A DNA stretch of 64,000 bases. It comes from the human T2T-CHM13v2.0 reference genome, Homo sapiens. Numbering within the stretch: position 1 is the stretch's first letter; the number at the start of each line of letters is the position of its first letter. Below are positions 26,229 to 38,700 of this stretch, piece after piece. Under the pieces are notes generated by a model, which did no database searches, had not been told where the DNA came from, and saw nothing but the letters and a program-made list of their open reading frames with translations. The stretch lies in NCBI RefSeq assembly GCF_009914755.1, contig NC_060927.1; one strand, given 5' to 3'. Position numbers and translations under genes: made by a program.

Positions 26229-26665
26229 CAGACCATTGACACAAGCTACATGGTGAATGAACCTCAAAAACATTGTATAAAGTAAAATAAGCAAGACACA
26301 AGAGACCATACATTGAATGATCCCATTCATCTAAAATGGTTTCTCAAAAAGATACATTTATAGAGAAAGAAAGTAGAATAGTGGTTAATTGGGAGTAGGG
26401 TTATATGAGCTGTGACTATAAATGAGCATAATGGATCCAATTCGGGGACAAAAATGTTATAAAACTGATTTATGGTGATGGTGGTACCACTTGGTAAAGT
26501 TACTAAAAATCATTAAATGGTATGTTTGGAATAGGTGAATATGTAAAATATACCTCAATAAAGTTGCTAAAAAAAAAACCCTAAATTTTAAAATAAATTA
26601 TTAAAAGCTAACTTATCTTTGATTTTAGATCTAATGTACATTATTTGCTCAAGTTCAAACCTTAC

Positions 26666-26969
26666 TTATTTTTATATTTTATTTTTAGAGACAGGATTGC
26701 CCTCTGTCATCAAGGCTGGAATGCAGTGGGTGATCATGGTTCACGGTAGCCTTGACCTCCTGGGCTCAAGGGGTCCTCCCACCTCAGCTTCCCAAGTAGC
26801 TGGACTACAGGCACATATCACACTCGACTAATTTCTTTTTTATTTTTTTGCAGTAACAGGGGTCCTGATATGTTGCCCAGAATGGTCTCAAACTCTTGGA
26901 CTCAAGCAATCCTACCACCACGGCCTCCCAAAGTGCTGGGATTACAGGCATGAGCCACTGTGCCTGGCC
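26666..26969 (-). mobile_element. AluJ
   Basis: Antisense J dimer (TGATCATGGTTCAC, GGGCTCAAG). Confidence 0.95.
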
Positions 26970-27304
26970 AAATTCAAAGATTAAAGTCATTTTTGAAGCA
27001 TTCCTCCTCTTCTTGGCCATACAGATGAGGCACCAAGGCCTTCTTTATTCTTCCTGTAAATTCTATTGCATGAAACCATTTCTTTCTTTTCCTCTCTAAA
27101 AAAAAAACCATATTATTCATTCAGGTTTTCCTTATTTACCTTATCTAATTTTATTATAATTGTAGGTGGCTTCCCTATTTTTACTTACTTCCTACAGGTT
27201 ATATAGCATTAATTACTAGATTAATCTTCTAGTGACATTGGTTTCATCAGGTGGCACTTTAACTCCAGACCTCTAATTGTTCTCATTGCAGGCACTATAC
27301 TGTG

Positions 27305-27797
27305 TGTGATGGTTAATTTTAGGTGTCAACTTGACTGGCTAAAAAGATACTCATTTAACTTGGTAAAGCATTATTCCTTGGGATGTCTGTGAGGGTGTTT
27401 CCAGAAGAGATTAGCATTTAAATCAGTAGACTGAGTTAAAAAGATCCCTCACCAATGTGGGTGGGTAGCATCCAATCACTGAAAGCCTGGATAGAACAAA
27501 AAGGCAGAAGAACAAATTTGCTTTCTCTTCTGGAGCTGAAACATTCATCGTCTCCTGCCCTCAAACATCAGAGCTCCCCAGGATCTCAGGTTTACACCAT
27601 TGACTCCCCAGTTCTCAGCCCTTCAAACACAGACTGAATGACACCATTGGCTTTCCTGGTTCTCCAGTTTGCAGACAGCAGACTGTGGGACTTATCAGCC
27701 TCCACAACTGTATGAACCAATTCCCATAATAAATCTCCTCATAGATCTCTATATATACCCTGTTAATTCCACATCTCTGGAGAACTCTCACTAATAT
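27305..27797 (+). mobile_element. MLT2 (C/D-like, ERVL) solo LTR
   Basis: TGTGATGGTTAATTTTAGGTGTCAACTTGACTGG start; ATAATAAATCTC...CTCTGGAGAACTCTCACTAATA end. Confidence 0.92.
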
Positions 27798-27905
27798 GAC
27801 GTGCAAACAATAGCCTTCCTGTTTGGACCCACACTATAGTTCCAGATTTGTTTTTCACTCAATACAATTCATTTACTCTATCAGATTGGTTTCCATATTG
27901 TCCCC

Positions 27906-28325
27906 TGTATTAGTTTCTTAAGGCTACTGTAATAAATGACTACAAACTAGGTAGCTTAAAGCAAGTTATTTGTTCTCTTACAGTTCTGGAGGCCAGAATT
28001 CTGAAATTGAGGTGTCAGCAGCTGTTCCGTCTGAAGGGTCTAGAGAGAATCCTTCACTGCTTCTTCCAGCTTCTGGTGGCTGCAGGCAATCCTGGTGTTC
28101 CTTGGCTGGAAGGCACATCACTCCAAACTCTGCCGCTGTCTTCACATGGCCTTCTTCCTGTCTGTCTTCTCTTCTAAGGACTTAGGACCCACTCTAATCC
28201 AGGATGCTCTCATCTCAAGATCCTTAACTCGATTACAGCTGCAAATACCTTTTTTCCAAATAAAGTCACCTTCACAGATTCCAGGTGGACCTGTCTTTTG
28301 GGAGGCCACCATACAATCTACTGCC
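27906..28325 (-). mobile_element. MLT1B/C solo LTR with 5-bp TSD
   Basis: TGTATTAGTTTCTTAAGGCTACTGTAATAAA...CAGTTCTGGAGGCCAGAA; TSD TCCCC at 27901-27905 and 28326-28330. Confidence 0.92.
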
Positions 28326-28597
28326 TCCCCCAAGCACCCTATGTCCTTTTATACCTTTGGCTCTGTTGTTTCCACATTAAAAATTTCTTTTTCATTCTCT
28401 TTTCAAAATACTGCCCAGATTGTCTGTCCAGCTAGCAAAGCCTCTCCTAGTCAGAACACCCTGTATTCGTTTCTCCTTTTTCTGAACTCTATCGCACTCA
28501 CTGTTCCGTACATTTCTGCATTGTTTATGATCATGTTTGTAGGTCCTGCTTGCCAACCAGATTTTAATCTCTTGTAAGAGGATCTCAAACTCTAAAA

Positions 28598-28762
28598 CAG
28601 TGTTTCTCAACTTTGGCTGAATATCAGAATCATCTGGGGATCTTTAAAAAGACCACCCCAGAGGTTCTAATTTAACTGGTCTGGTTGTGTGTCCCCGGCA
28701 TGGGTGTTTTTTTAAAGCTTCCTTATTTCACTCTAATATGGATCCAAGATTGAGAACCCACG
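28598..28762. mobile_element. MER5A1-like MITE
   Basis: CAGTGTTTCTCAACTTTGGCTG...TTGAGAACCCACG TIRs. Confidence 0.8.
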
Positions 28763-28770
28763 GGTTTAAA

Positions 28771-29063
28771 GCATTCTCAATGGGGAGGGCTAAAATTGTT
28801 TCTTGGTGGGGAGGCCGTACAAAAATCTTAGTAACCATGTTTTTGTTTGTTTGTTGTGAGACAGAGTCTCGCTCTGTCGCCCAGGCTGGAGTGCAATAGT
28901 AACCATGGTTTTGTCAGCCTTCAAATGGCCAAAGTACATAAACAGATATATAGTACCATATATCTATGCCATTCAAATTTAATAAGCAAATTTCATGAGG
29001 GGGGTGGCAATCAGAGGAAAAAAATCTTATTGGGGGGAAATAATGAAAGGCTTAGAAACACTA
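28771..29063 (-). mobile_element. MER112-like hAT-Charlie MITE
   Basis: GCATTCTCAA...AAAATTGTTTCTTGG...AGTACATAAACAGATATA...TTTCATGAGGGGGG...TAATGAAAGG..AGAAACACT. Confidence 0.8.
28840..28896 (-). mobile_element. Ultra-short 5'-truncated Alu (last ~40 nt plus tail) with TSD
   Basis: TGAGACAGAGTCTCGCTCTGTCGCCCAGGCTGGAGTGCAA flanked by TAGTAACCATG at 28829 and 28897. Confidence 0.92.
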
Positions 29064-29179
29064 CCCTAAAGTATATCAAAATCATTTGTGGAGCTTGATA
29101 AAATGCACATGGCCAAGCCTCCAGAGATTCTGAGTCAGGAGTTTGGGCTGTGGACCTGAATTCTATATATTTCATAACT

Positions 29180-29360
29180 AATATTTATCACATGCTAACT
29201 ATATAGTAAGTACTGTCCTGAAAGCACCCATATATGATCTTCACTTTACGGATGGAAAAACAGAGGTACAAGGAGCAGTCTGCCCAAAGTCACTCAGCTA
29301 GTAAGTGGCAGGAAAAAAGAAAGTAACCTAGGCATTCATGTTCATGCACTTAACCCCAAT
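29180..29360 (-). mobile_element. MIR
   Basis: CACTTTACGGATGGAAAAACAGAGG...TGCCCAAAGTCACTCAGCTAGTAAGTGGCAG. Confidence 0.8.
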
Positions 29361-29755
29361 CACAGGACCTCAAGTATCGGAGCATGAGGACCACTGTCCT
29401 GCTAGAAAACATACCCCATATTTCATTTCTATTCCTTTCCATAAGGAGCAGAATGCTTCATACACAGGAGAAGCCAAAGTGCACTTTTGAGTAAAGACCA
29501 TGATTAAATAAAGAACCAAAGAATTGCCAGCTAGACTACAGTAGGGCTACAGGGTACAAAGTATCAAGATCACCAGTTAGGGCTACAAGGAGTTAGATTC
29601 CACGTGCTGACAGGGTTGGTTACTGTGAAACTGGTTAAATGGACAAGGATAAAGAAGCTTTTGTCCTTAGTCTGAGGTTTAGGTAGTACTTGGGAAGCCT
29701 CCAGTATATTAGTGATGACAATTAACACAGAGTTAAACCAACAGAAATCAATGCT

Positions 29756-30056
29756 GGCCAGGCGCAGTGGCTCATGCCTGTAATCCCATTACTTTGTGAG
29801 GCTGACGCGGGTGGGTGGCTCCCCAATCTGGGCAACGTGGTGAAACCTCGTCTCTACAAAAAATACAAAAATTGCCCAGGAGTGGTGGTGCATGCCTGTG
29901 GTCTCAGCTACTTGGGAGGCTGAGGTGGGAAGACGGCTTGAACCTGGAAGGTCGAGGTTCCAGTGAGCTGAGATCACACCTCTGCACCCTAGCCTGGGTA
30001 ACAGAGGGAGACCCTGTCTCAAAACGAAAAACAAAAAACAAAAAAACGAAAAAACA
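29756..30056 (+). mobile_element. AluJ with deletion across the left-arm B box
   Basis: GGGTGGCTCCCCAATCTGGGCAAC stands where TGAGCCCAGGAGTTCGAGACCAGCC is expected. Confidence 0.9.
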
Positions 30057-30115
30057 AGGCAACACTCACTTCTATTATTTCAAAAGCCACTTGATTGTTT
30101 AGGATTCCTTTAGAA

Positions 30116-30692
30116 CAGGGGTTTTTAAATTCCATAGACTTCTTTGGCAATCATTTATGATTGCCATATAATAATGTATGTTATATATTATGTCATATAG
30201 TAATATACCATTAGAAAATTATTCTGAGAAAGGTAAAGCCTATGGACTACATCTCAGAATAATGTTTCTCAATGTATATAATAAAATTATGAGCTTACAA
30301 AGGCAACCAACTATACTGAATTACAGTTATCAAAATATTTTTTAAATGTGTGATAGGGTAATATCTTGTGTTTCCTTTACATTTTTAAAAAGATCTAGTG
30401 GCATGTCTAAAAACAACTGTAATTTGAAGTTGTGATGAATGTAAATGATATTTTAAGCTATTCATAACAACTTAAATGTGGTAACAGATATATCTGTGAT
30501 TTCTAATGGTGACAGAGTCATAGGTACTGCTAACACTAGTGTGGTTTATTGCCAAATTCATAGTAGAAAGAAATGTTAATTTTCAGTTACAGACTAGTAA
30601 AAATAAAGTTGTAAACATATTTTTCCCGTCCATGAACCTTACAAGTGGTAAGATTCTTGTGAGGATCTGTGGACCCCAGGTTAAAAACCCCA
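30116..30692. mobile_element. Charlie4a-like hAT element with ~80-bp internal insertion
   Basis: TIRs CAGGGGTTTTTAA / GGACCCCAGGTTAAAAACCCC; internal AAGCCTATGGAC..TCTCAGAATAATGTTT, ATATCTGTGATTTCTAATGGTGACA. Confidence 0.88.
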
Positions 30693-30971
30693 TTTACAGC
30701 ATACAGAACTTCAACAGCTTAACCCTGTCTGCTTAATCCTGTCCAGTTTGGCCCATCTTGATTTAAGAAAACTCCTTAGACCAGCTCCATCACTGTTAAT
30801 ATCATTTGGTCATGAAAATTTCTCCAGAAGTTCAGGACACAGCCTCTTGACAGCAGCACTTTGGACATGGTGACCCTTATAATGACAAGAATTAAGCAGT
30901 GTGGTGAAGAAGGGTTAGTTACAAAAGTGTTTCTGGAAAGGAAGGCAACCTTTGTTTTTACTTTGCTTAAC

Positions 30972-31110
30972 AATCAACTGGGGAATCTATTAAAAAATGC
31001 AGGTTCTTGAATTCTAAGGCACCACCTCCCATAAAGCTCAAAGCTTCTATTTCAGTAGGTTTGGGGTAGGCCCCAGGGATATGCATCTTAAATTTCCAGG
31101 CCAGATGATT
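30972..31110. mobile_element. MER5-like fragment
   Basis: TTCTATTTCAGTAGGTTTGGGGTAGGCCCCAGGGATATGCAT. Confidence 0.65.
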
Positions 31111-32219
31111 AAGCGGCTTGGATCAGGTACATGGGCCTGGAGTCTAGCTTGCCAGAGACCTCTTTTGAGAGTAATTTGAGTTTCCAAGTGGAGGAGAAAG
31201 AAGCAAGCAGCAAAGCCTTTCAGAGTGTTTCCCAACAGTTGCCAGGTCAGCCCATCAGGTGAATGTTTTAGGGCTGACCACAGCCAAAATCTAGGGATTC
31301 ACCATCAGGACAGAGTGGTTTATGGTTGCCATCAGAAATTAAATCTTTTGACTAAATTTTCCTCTTTCTCGAAAGGAAAATTATTTTCCCTCCTTTTCTC
31401 CCCCACCTCCTCTATTCTTCCCTGGGGATGCTGCAAAGACTACAAGGGAGGCTTGAACTCTAATAAATGCCAGATAAATACACTGATGCTTCAAGAACCC
31501 TATAATTTTAAAGCACATAGGGTAAGGATATCTTGGACCTAGGAGGCTTGCTGTTCTACAGTGTATGGGATCACTCCTTTATAATCTACTTATCTGCAGT
31601 CTGGAAGATAACTTCAGACTTGTTAAGAGAACAATGATATAAGCCTCGCTCTCAGCCACTCGATCCTTGACCTTTTTCTGGAAGAAACACAGAAGGGAGG
31701 GATGTGGCTTCCTGATCCTTTTATATCTTTAGTCTCACCAGTCAAGACGTTATTAGAAATTTAACTAGACTCTATCTAGCAGACAAGTGGTAAGATTTTT
31801 CATTCAGGCCTGAATGAATCTAAACTGACAGGTTGGAATTGTAGTTTTTTTATGTTAACAAAGAAGCAAATAACATATTTTCCTAACATATTAAACAATC
31901 TTTTATATATAACACCATGCCAAATTATATTTCTTAGCAATTACAGTGTGATTTATTTTTTCCCCTCTTGTTATGGGGATACTTATAGCTCCTGGCTGTA
32001 AATTTAATTTACCAGTATTTTAAATTTTTTAAGGCTTCCTATTTAATAGGTGATTGGTCAGTAAAATGAACAGAGTTTAGGAACGTCTTTCTCTTCAATG
32101 TTCCATCTCCCTCTCACAAATAACAACGGCACTCTTTACTACTTTTGTTTATTTTTTCTTTTCCTGATATCTTCAATGTTTAGAACAAAGTCTAACACAG
32201 ACAATAGTTCTTAAATAAA

Positions 32220-32450
32220 TTCCATGCCAGGCACTGTATTCACTACTTTACTGTAGTTAATCTCATTTGGTCTGATTAATTAAATATTCTCGATCAAATT
32301 CTATGAGGCCAATTAAAATTATCACACTGTCATTTTATAAACTAAAAAACTTGAGTCTATTAAACACTGAATATATTTCCTAGGTCACAGGGAATCACTG
32401 GAAGAATTAATATTAAAACTTGAAGTTGCTTAAGCCTAGAGGTTCATAAC
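32220..32450 (-). mobile_element. MIR
   Basis: CATGCCAGGCACTGTATTCACTACTTTAC...TTCCTAGGTCACAG. Confidence 0.65.
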
Positions 32451-32459
32451 TGCTTAGTC

Positions 32460-32663
32460 CAGGTGTCAGCACATTACAGCCAAAGGCCAAATGTAACCTA
32501 CTGCCTGTCTTATTGAAACTCATCTCACTCATTTACTTGCCTATGGATGCTTCCACAGCGCCTTCAACACCACAATGGCAGAGTTGAGAAGGTGCAAGAA
32601 ACCAATGGTCCATGAAGCCTAAACTTACATCTGGGCCTTTACAGAAAATGTTTGTCAACTCCT
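32460..32663. mobile_element. MER58A (hAT-Charlie)
   Basis: CAGGTGTCAGCACATTACAGCC...CAATGGCAGAGTTGAG...TCTGGGCCTTTACAGAAAATGTTTGTCAACTCCT. Confidence 0.8.
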
Positions 32664-34319
32664 AGAAAAGCCACTCCGAAAGGTGATCTGAAATAAGGAA
32701 TATTATGAACTCCAAATCCTTATTTCCTAAACCTCAATAAAGAATAAATATGTTGGCTTTGGACTGTAGAATGAGGTAAACAAAAAAAAGTAAAATAAAA
32801 AAAGAATAAATATTTCAAAATATTTGGCAACCTTGGTATGTTGATAGTACTTTAATAGATCAACTGTACTTATAGTTCCCAGATTAATCAGATCATAAAA
32901 TTTTCAATTACATAGGCATTTACTAATTTATTTTTTAACTCTCTGTCCTGATGCTTAAGAACTGTATGACTGTAAAAAAGAGATGCACTCTGGAGAAAGC
33001 TGAAACCAAGGAAATCACAGAATCCAAGGGCAGGAAGAATCATTGAGTATTACAACTGGAATGAACTGAGAATAAGAAAGCTATCAGAGCCCACAGCCAA
33101 TTATGTTTCCATCTCTCCCACTTTCCAAAATCACATGATCTCTTACCTCAGTGCTCCCTACCTGCTTATCGAACACACATGACTCACAATTAATACCCCT
33201 CAGTGATGGCCTCAGTTGCTATACAACCTTACACATCTAGCTTTTGTGGCCATTAACACAGCTGCTGATTGCATTCTTGGTTCAAGCATCTAATGCACAA
33301 TTGCTGAGGGAATACGTGATATAAACCTCTGTTTCTTCCAACATTGTGGAGGGTCAAATTCCTCAAGAAGGCTGTATAAGGAGAATAAATGGTGTCATCA
33401 CTAACATGCCCTATTACAATTCTTCTCAATGTGATGGGAGTGGGTGTATAGACAGACTGCATTATAAGTACTGTAATGAACCACTATTACTCATAGGCGT
33501 ATATCACATCTTTCAGTTTTGCTTGTGTGGATAAGAGGTGGAAAACCATACCCTTGTGTGATTTATAATAATTTATCATGCTAAGAAGAAAAAGCTTTGT
33601 TATTTTCAGAAACATTATATTTGGAACTAACACAAGCATCATGAATGTTGTTCCTTAAAATATTTAACTTGGTATATATCCTTAAACACCAACTGATAAT
33701 TAAATAGAGGCACTGAGATGCTAATTTGCATTACTTTGATGTGCTGTAAATGTTATTTTTCTTTTTGCTCCTTAATCTGACCTATTTATTTGCTTGCTTT
33801 CTGTGTATTTCTTGTAATATTTGTGCTTAGTAAAAGAGGAATACTAATAAGTACCACAATTTTATGAGGCTTGTCAAACAGGAGACTATCTAGTGTGCTG
33901 GTAGGCTTTAATGATGTTATCATGTCTCTGTCCCAGTACACCTTGTAGCAATTTCCCAGCACATTCTTAGGATTATATTTATAATGCAGTATTAATCCAT
34001 TTGAAAACTCACATCTGAGGTCATAATGTTGACCTGCAAAATTAACAGTATACTCATGCTGTTCATCCAGCAGCTAAGTATAACCTCCAATTATTTTAAA
34101 ATTGTTTTGATGGCTGTAGTTTCTTTTGTACATGAAAATGATCATCCTTTCTCAGCTGAACTTAGACTTGGATTGTTCCCCTTTGTGATAAAAAGTACTC
34201 ATATTGATAAATGAAGTGATCCAGACTGCTGGTGTTTTCCCAGACCAAAGAACAGCATCTTCCTCTATAAAATTGTTCTCATCTATCCTGTGAGTGAGAC
34301 TGATTTGGGACTATGAATT

Positions 34320-34815
34320 ACTAAGTAAACATTTGTTCAGTGCCTACAATATTCAAAGCATTGTGCCAGAAGTTTGGGAGACAAAAATGAATAATACACT
34401 TACTGTCCTCAAAGAGCTTCTATTTTGTTAGGGAGCAGCCACTTAAACATCTAAACCTTACTAATTGTGGCATGTGTTGTAATAGACTAGAGGGGTGTGC
34501 AAATGCCATGAAGATCAGAAAAAGAAGCCATTAATTATACTGGGAGTGGGATAAGAAAAACTTCATATAAACATGACCTTTGAGTTTGGCCTTGAAAGAA
34601 AAAAGAAAAATTCAGATAATAGAGGGGCAACATGAAAAAGTATGGGGAAGTGAGGCAAAATAATTAAATTAGTGAAAGAATTGTGTTTAGGGTGGCTGCA
34701 ATATATTGTGGAAAGAGGTATGAAATAAAGTTGGGTAAATAAAATGGGATCATGGTATCAAAAGCCTTATATGCCACCACAGCGCATTCAATTGAATAAT
34801 AGAAATGATTGAAAA
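34320..34815 (-). mobile_element. L2 3' region
   Basis: AAACATTTGTTCAGTGCCTAC...GTGCCAGAAGTTTGGGAGACAAAAATGAATA...TGAGTTTGGCCTTGAAAG. Confidence 0.75.
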
Positions 34816-34817
34816 TG

Positions 34818-35110
34818 TCTTTGTTTTCTTGATACAGGGTTTCACTCTGTCACCCTGGCTGGAGTGCTATTGCACAATCGTGGCTCACTGCAGCCTTGAC
34901 CTCCTGGACTCAAGCAATCCTCCTACCTTACTCTCCTGAGTAGCTGGGACTACCGGCACACATGGACCACTAGGACCGGATAATTTTTTTCTTTTGTAGA
35001 GAGAGGGTCTCACCATGTTGCCCACTCTGTTCTCAAACTCCTATGCTCAAGTGATCCTCCTGCCTTGGCTTCCTAAAGTACTGGGGTTATAGGCATGAGC
35101 CATTTGGCCC
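34818..35110 (-). mobile_element. AluJ
   Basis: Antisense J dimer (CACTGCAGCCTTGACCTCCTGG). Confidence 0.93.
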
Positions 35111-35519
35111 ATTAAAAATTTTAATTTGGGGATTTACAACAACACATTTGTATTTTAGAGAGATAATGCATGAGGCAATGAGGACTGATCAAGGAAAATA
35201 ATTTCATGAATATCCATGTAATATCAATCTATTTTATTTCATTCTGCAATTAAGACATGTATTTATCCATTTATTCATGTAATGACTACCACCAAGAATC
35301 CTATTTTGAGTTATCATGGCCATGTCTATATAACTATCACTGATTGACTAAAGGTTAATTCCTTTTAACTCCAAGAAACCCCAATATTCTTAGATTTCCT
35401 TTGTACTAAATCTACAAATGTGACTTTCATTAGTAGTTAAGCCACATTTGCATCAAGTTTGCTTCTTGCTATTTTCAATTATGTAATATAGAAATATATA
35501 TAATTATTCAAATTATTTT

Positions 35520-36062
35520 AAAATGGTTTTAAAAACACAAGTTACCAACATCAAGAATAAAAGAGGAAACATTACCACAAGTCTTATAGATATTAAAAAG
35601 ATAATAAAGAAAAATTATCAATGCTTTGTTGTCAATAATTTCAACAACTTAGATAAACAAATTCCCTGAAAGGCACAAATGAACAAAACTGACAAAAAAG
35701 ATTCAGAAAATCTGAATAATCTTATATATATTAAATAACTAGAATTCCATAATTTAAGTAATGTTCTCACAAAGAAAACTCTAGGTCCAGATGGTTTCAC
35801 TGGTGAATTCTACTGAATATTAAAAAAAAAATTAAAAAAACACAAACTCTTTAATAAAATAAAGCAGGAGGGAACATGTCCCAACTTATTTTATGAAGAT
35901 AGCACTACTATTATACCCATACAAATATTACAAGGAAAGAAAACTACAAACCAGTATCACTCCAGACTCAAACGTTCTCAAGAAAGTATTAACAAGTTGA
36001 ATTCAGCCATGTACAAAAATAATATTATATCATGACGAAGAGGGGTTTATCCCAGAAATGTA
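35520..36062 (+). mobile_element. Old L1M ORF2 fragment
   Basis: CTAGGTCCAGATGGTTTCACTGGTGAATTCTAC (GPDGFTGEFY), TTTTATGAAGATAGC, GGGGTTTATCCCAGAAATG. Confidence 0.88.
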
Positions 36063-36063
36063 A

Positions 36064-36363
36064 GTTTTTATTTTATTTTATTTTGAGACAAGGCCTCAAT
36101 CTGCCACCTAGGCTGTAGTGCAGTGGTGTGATCATAACTCACTGTAGCCTCCAACTCCCAGGCTCAAGCAATCCCCCCACCTCAGCCTCCTGAGTAGCTG
36201 GGACTACAGGCATGACTCACTACGTCTGGCTAATTTTCTTATTTTTCCTTTTTAGAGAAAAGATATTACTGTGTTGCACAAGCTGGGCTTGAACTCCTGG
36301 GCTCTATGAATCCTCCTATCTCAGCCTCCCAAAATGCTGGGATTCCAGTTATGAGGTGTGGCC
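36064..36363 (-). mobile_element. AluJ
   Basis: Antisense J dimer with TTTTA tail. Confidence 0.93.
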
Positions 36364-36454
36364 TCAAATTATTTTTAAATCTAAAAAGGTAAGATTTAGA
36401 ACTAACACAAAGCTTCAATAACAGCACATGGTGTAATAGACAGACAGATGTCAG

Positions 36455-36890
36455 TCTTCATAGCTGCTGTCTTATTTTCTTTTAGCTTAATGAACCTTCA
36501 CCTAGTTGGATGCCTAGAGAGGTCTGTGCAACCCGTCTAATATAATCAGTGACCGCCCCTCCCCTGGCCACAGTCATTGGTTTACGTGTAGATTCAATCA
36601 GAGTGATGTCTAAAACATCTATTTGTTTGTTTGTTTGTTTGTTTGTTGAGAAAATTGAAGTTCTCTCTTTCTCAGGAATTTGAGTCATACAGATATGATC
36701 TCTTGACCTGCTGCAGCCATTTTGTTGTAAGAATGAAGTTCACATACCAAGATGTCCACTGTGAGAAAATCATAAAAAGAAAATATAGAAACAAAGCCCA
36801 GATCAAACCATTCACAAAGCCCTTAATACATTTTTTTCATAAAGCTAAATGATTTTGATCTTAGCTGACTGGAATTTTTTTATAACTAAT
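36455..36890 (+). mobile_element. Old MaLR LTR (MLT1K/L-like)
   Basis: CCCCTGGCCACAGTCATTGGTT, CTGCTGCAGCCATTTTG, CCCAGATCAAACC; contains (TTTG)n at ~36621-36647. Confidence 0.5.
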
Positions 36891-36929
36891 AACCATAGAA
36901 GAAAAATCTGAAAGTACAGAAAGCCCAGT

Positions 36930-38700
36930 ATATTTCTATTACTTTCTTATTTACCGTAACAGTTAACGTGTATGTTCAAAAATTACTAAATATCTGTATC
37001 ATCCTCCTGAATAATACAAGGTCTCTAGAACACTTTAATATATTAATCTTTCACAATTTATAGCTGTGTATTCTATATATCTTTTTTGGTCTCTCCAAAG
37101 TTATTTTTTAGTGTTTGTTTAGATTTGCCTATATTTTAACATTTTGTTTTATCATCTCTTCTTGAATCCCAGACTGTCAATTTGGAATCACTTTCTTTCA
37201 TCAGAAGTACATTTTTTAGAATTTCCTTAGATTAGGAATTAATCGCAAACTCAGGTTTTTTTGTCTGAACTGTGTTCATTTTGCCCTTGGTTTGAACTAT
37301 GTTCTTCATGGGCATGCAATTCCAGAGTGACAGTTATTTTCTTTCAACACATTAAAATTATTATTTCTTTTGTCTTCTATAGTTGTTCTCAGTTTAATTA
37401 CCTTTTCTTGATAATCAGTCTTTTTCTTTTAGGAGATTCCTTGCTACTGGTGTTCTACATTTATCTACAAGGTGGCTGGGTGTAGATTTCTTCTTTGGAA
37501 ATGGATGTGCATTTTAAATCTTCAGATATACATTTTTCATGAGTTCTGGAAAGTTCTCTACTACTAACTCTTTTAATATTGTTCCTGCACCATTCTACCT
37601 CTCATTCTTACTGGAATTCCAATTTTATATATGTGGAATCTTCTCACTCTATCATTCATGTCTCGATGTCTTTTTATGTTTTCTGCCTCTTTTTCTCTGT
37701 GTACCACATTCTGCATAATTTTTAGTTCTATCTGCCAGTTCACTAATTCTGACTGCAGAAGTGTCTAATCTGTTTTTAAACCAACCTATTGACATTTTTT
37801 CAAGTATTGCACTTTTCACTTCCAGAGATTCTATGTGATTCATTTTCAGATCATCTTGATCATCTTTTAGTCTTTTATTTCTTTAAACATATGTTAAATA
37901 TTTTAAATTATTTAGACATACCAATTAAACATTGGTTAAACATACCAATTGTTTTGATAATACAAATAGTTGAAGCTTTTGTGGGTTTATTGTTTCCACT
38001 GGTTCTTGCTCATTGTGGGTAGTTTCCTTGTGTATTTTGTGATTCAAGGCACATCCCTTCTGAGAGGATTTGTGCTTACTTTTTCCAAACCTTACATGAA
38101 CACTACCGACCTGGCATCACTTTAATTTTCACCTTGAAGTTTTTCAGAACATGTGAGTGGTGTGAATTCAGGCTGTAATCCTTGAGGGGAGGGCTTATGA
38201 TTAGGGATTCTGGGAGAATTTTCCTCCTTCAACCAGTGCCAGAGTTTAAATACCATAATTTTCTTTGAAGTTCCCTTAGGAAATGGGGAGTAAGGGTGAG
38301 TTTATTTCACTGTCATAATGAGTAAGTGTACAGATTCACCCTCAGTGTCTAGTTTACTGAGTATTCTGCATCCTAATAAAATGTAATATGGTCTCAAAAT
38401 TAGACTCCCCAACTTGAGAGGATCTTGGAATCAAACTTTCGTTCCACTGCACATCACAAGACCCTGAGAAGTGAAGTTCAAGTTCAAAATATTTGGCAAA
38501 TACTACCAAAATGAAAGCTATCTCCAGTGTTCAAGTTCATGCTTTAACTTAGTTTTAAGTGTTCTTACTTTCTTGCTATTTCGCTGAAGCATTTAAGCCC
38601 AAGTTTCTTATTTTAAAAATATAGGATATTTAGGGTTTTTTTGTTAGTTTGTTTTATAGTGGGAGCGTCAGTCTGGGTATTAAGTTCATCATGCTGCCAG
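36930..38700 (-). mobile_element. Ancient L1ME/HAL1-like ORF1 and 5' region
   Basis: Minus ORF 37652-37843 (LEVKSAILEK...KNRLDTSAVRISELADR) resembles the L1 ORF1 coiled coil; T-rich + strand. Confidence 0.7.

Noticed and set aside
32752-32781. tRNA-Tyr-like GGACTGTAGA in the micro-insert
   Set aside because: Only about 10 nt match the anticodon arm; no cloverleaf or A/B boxes.
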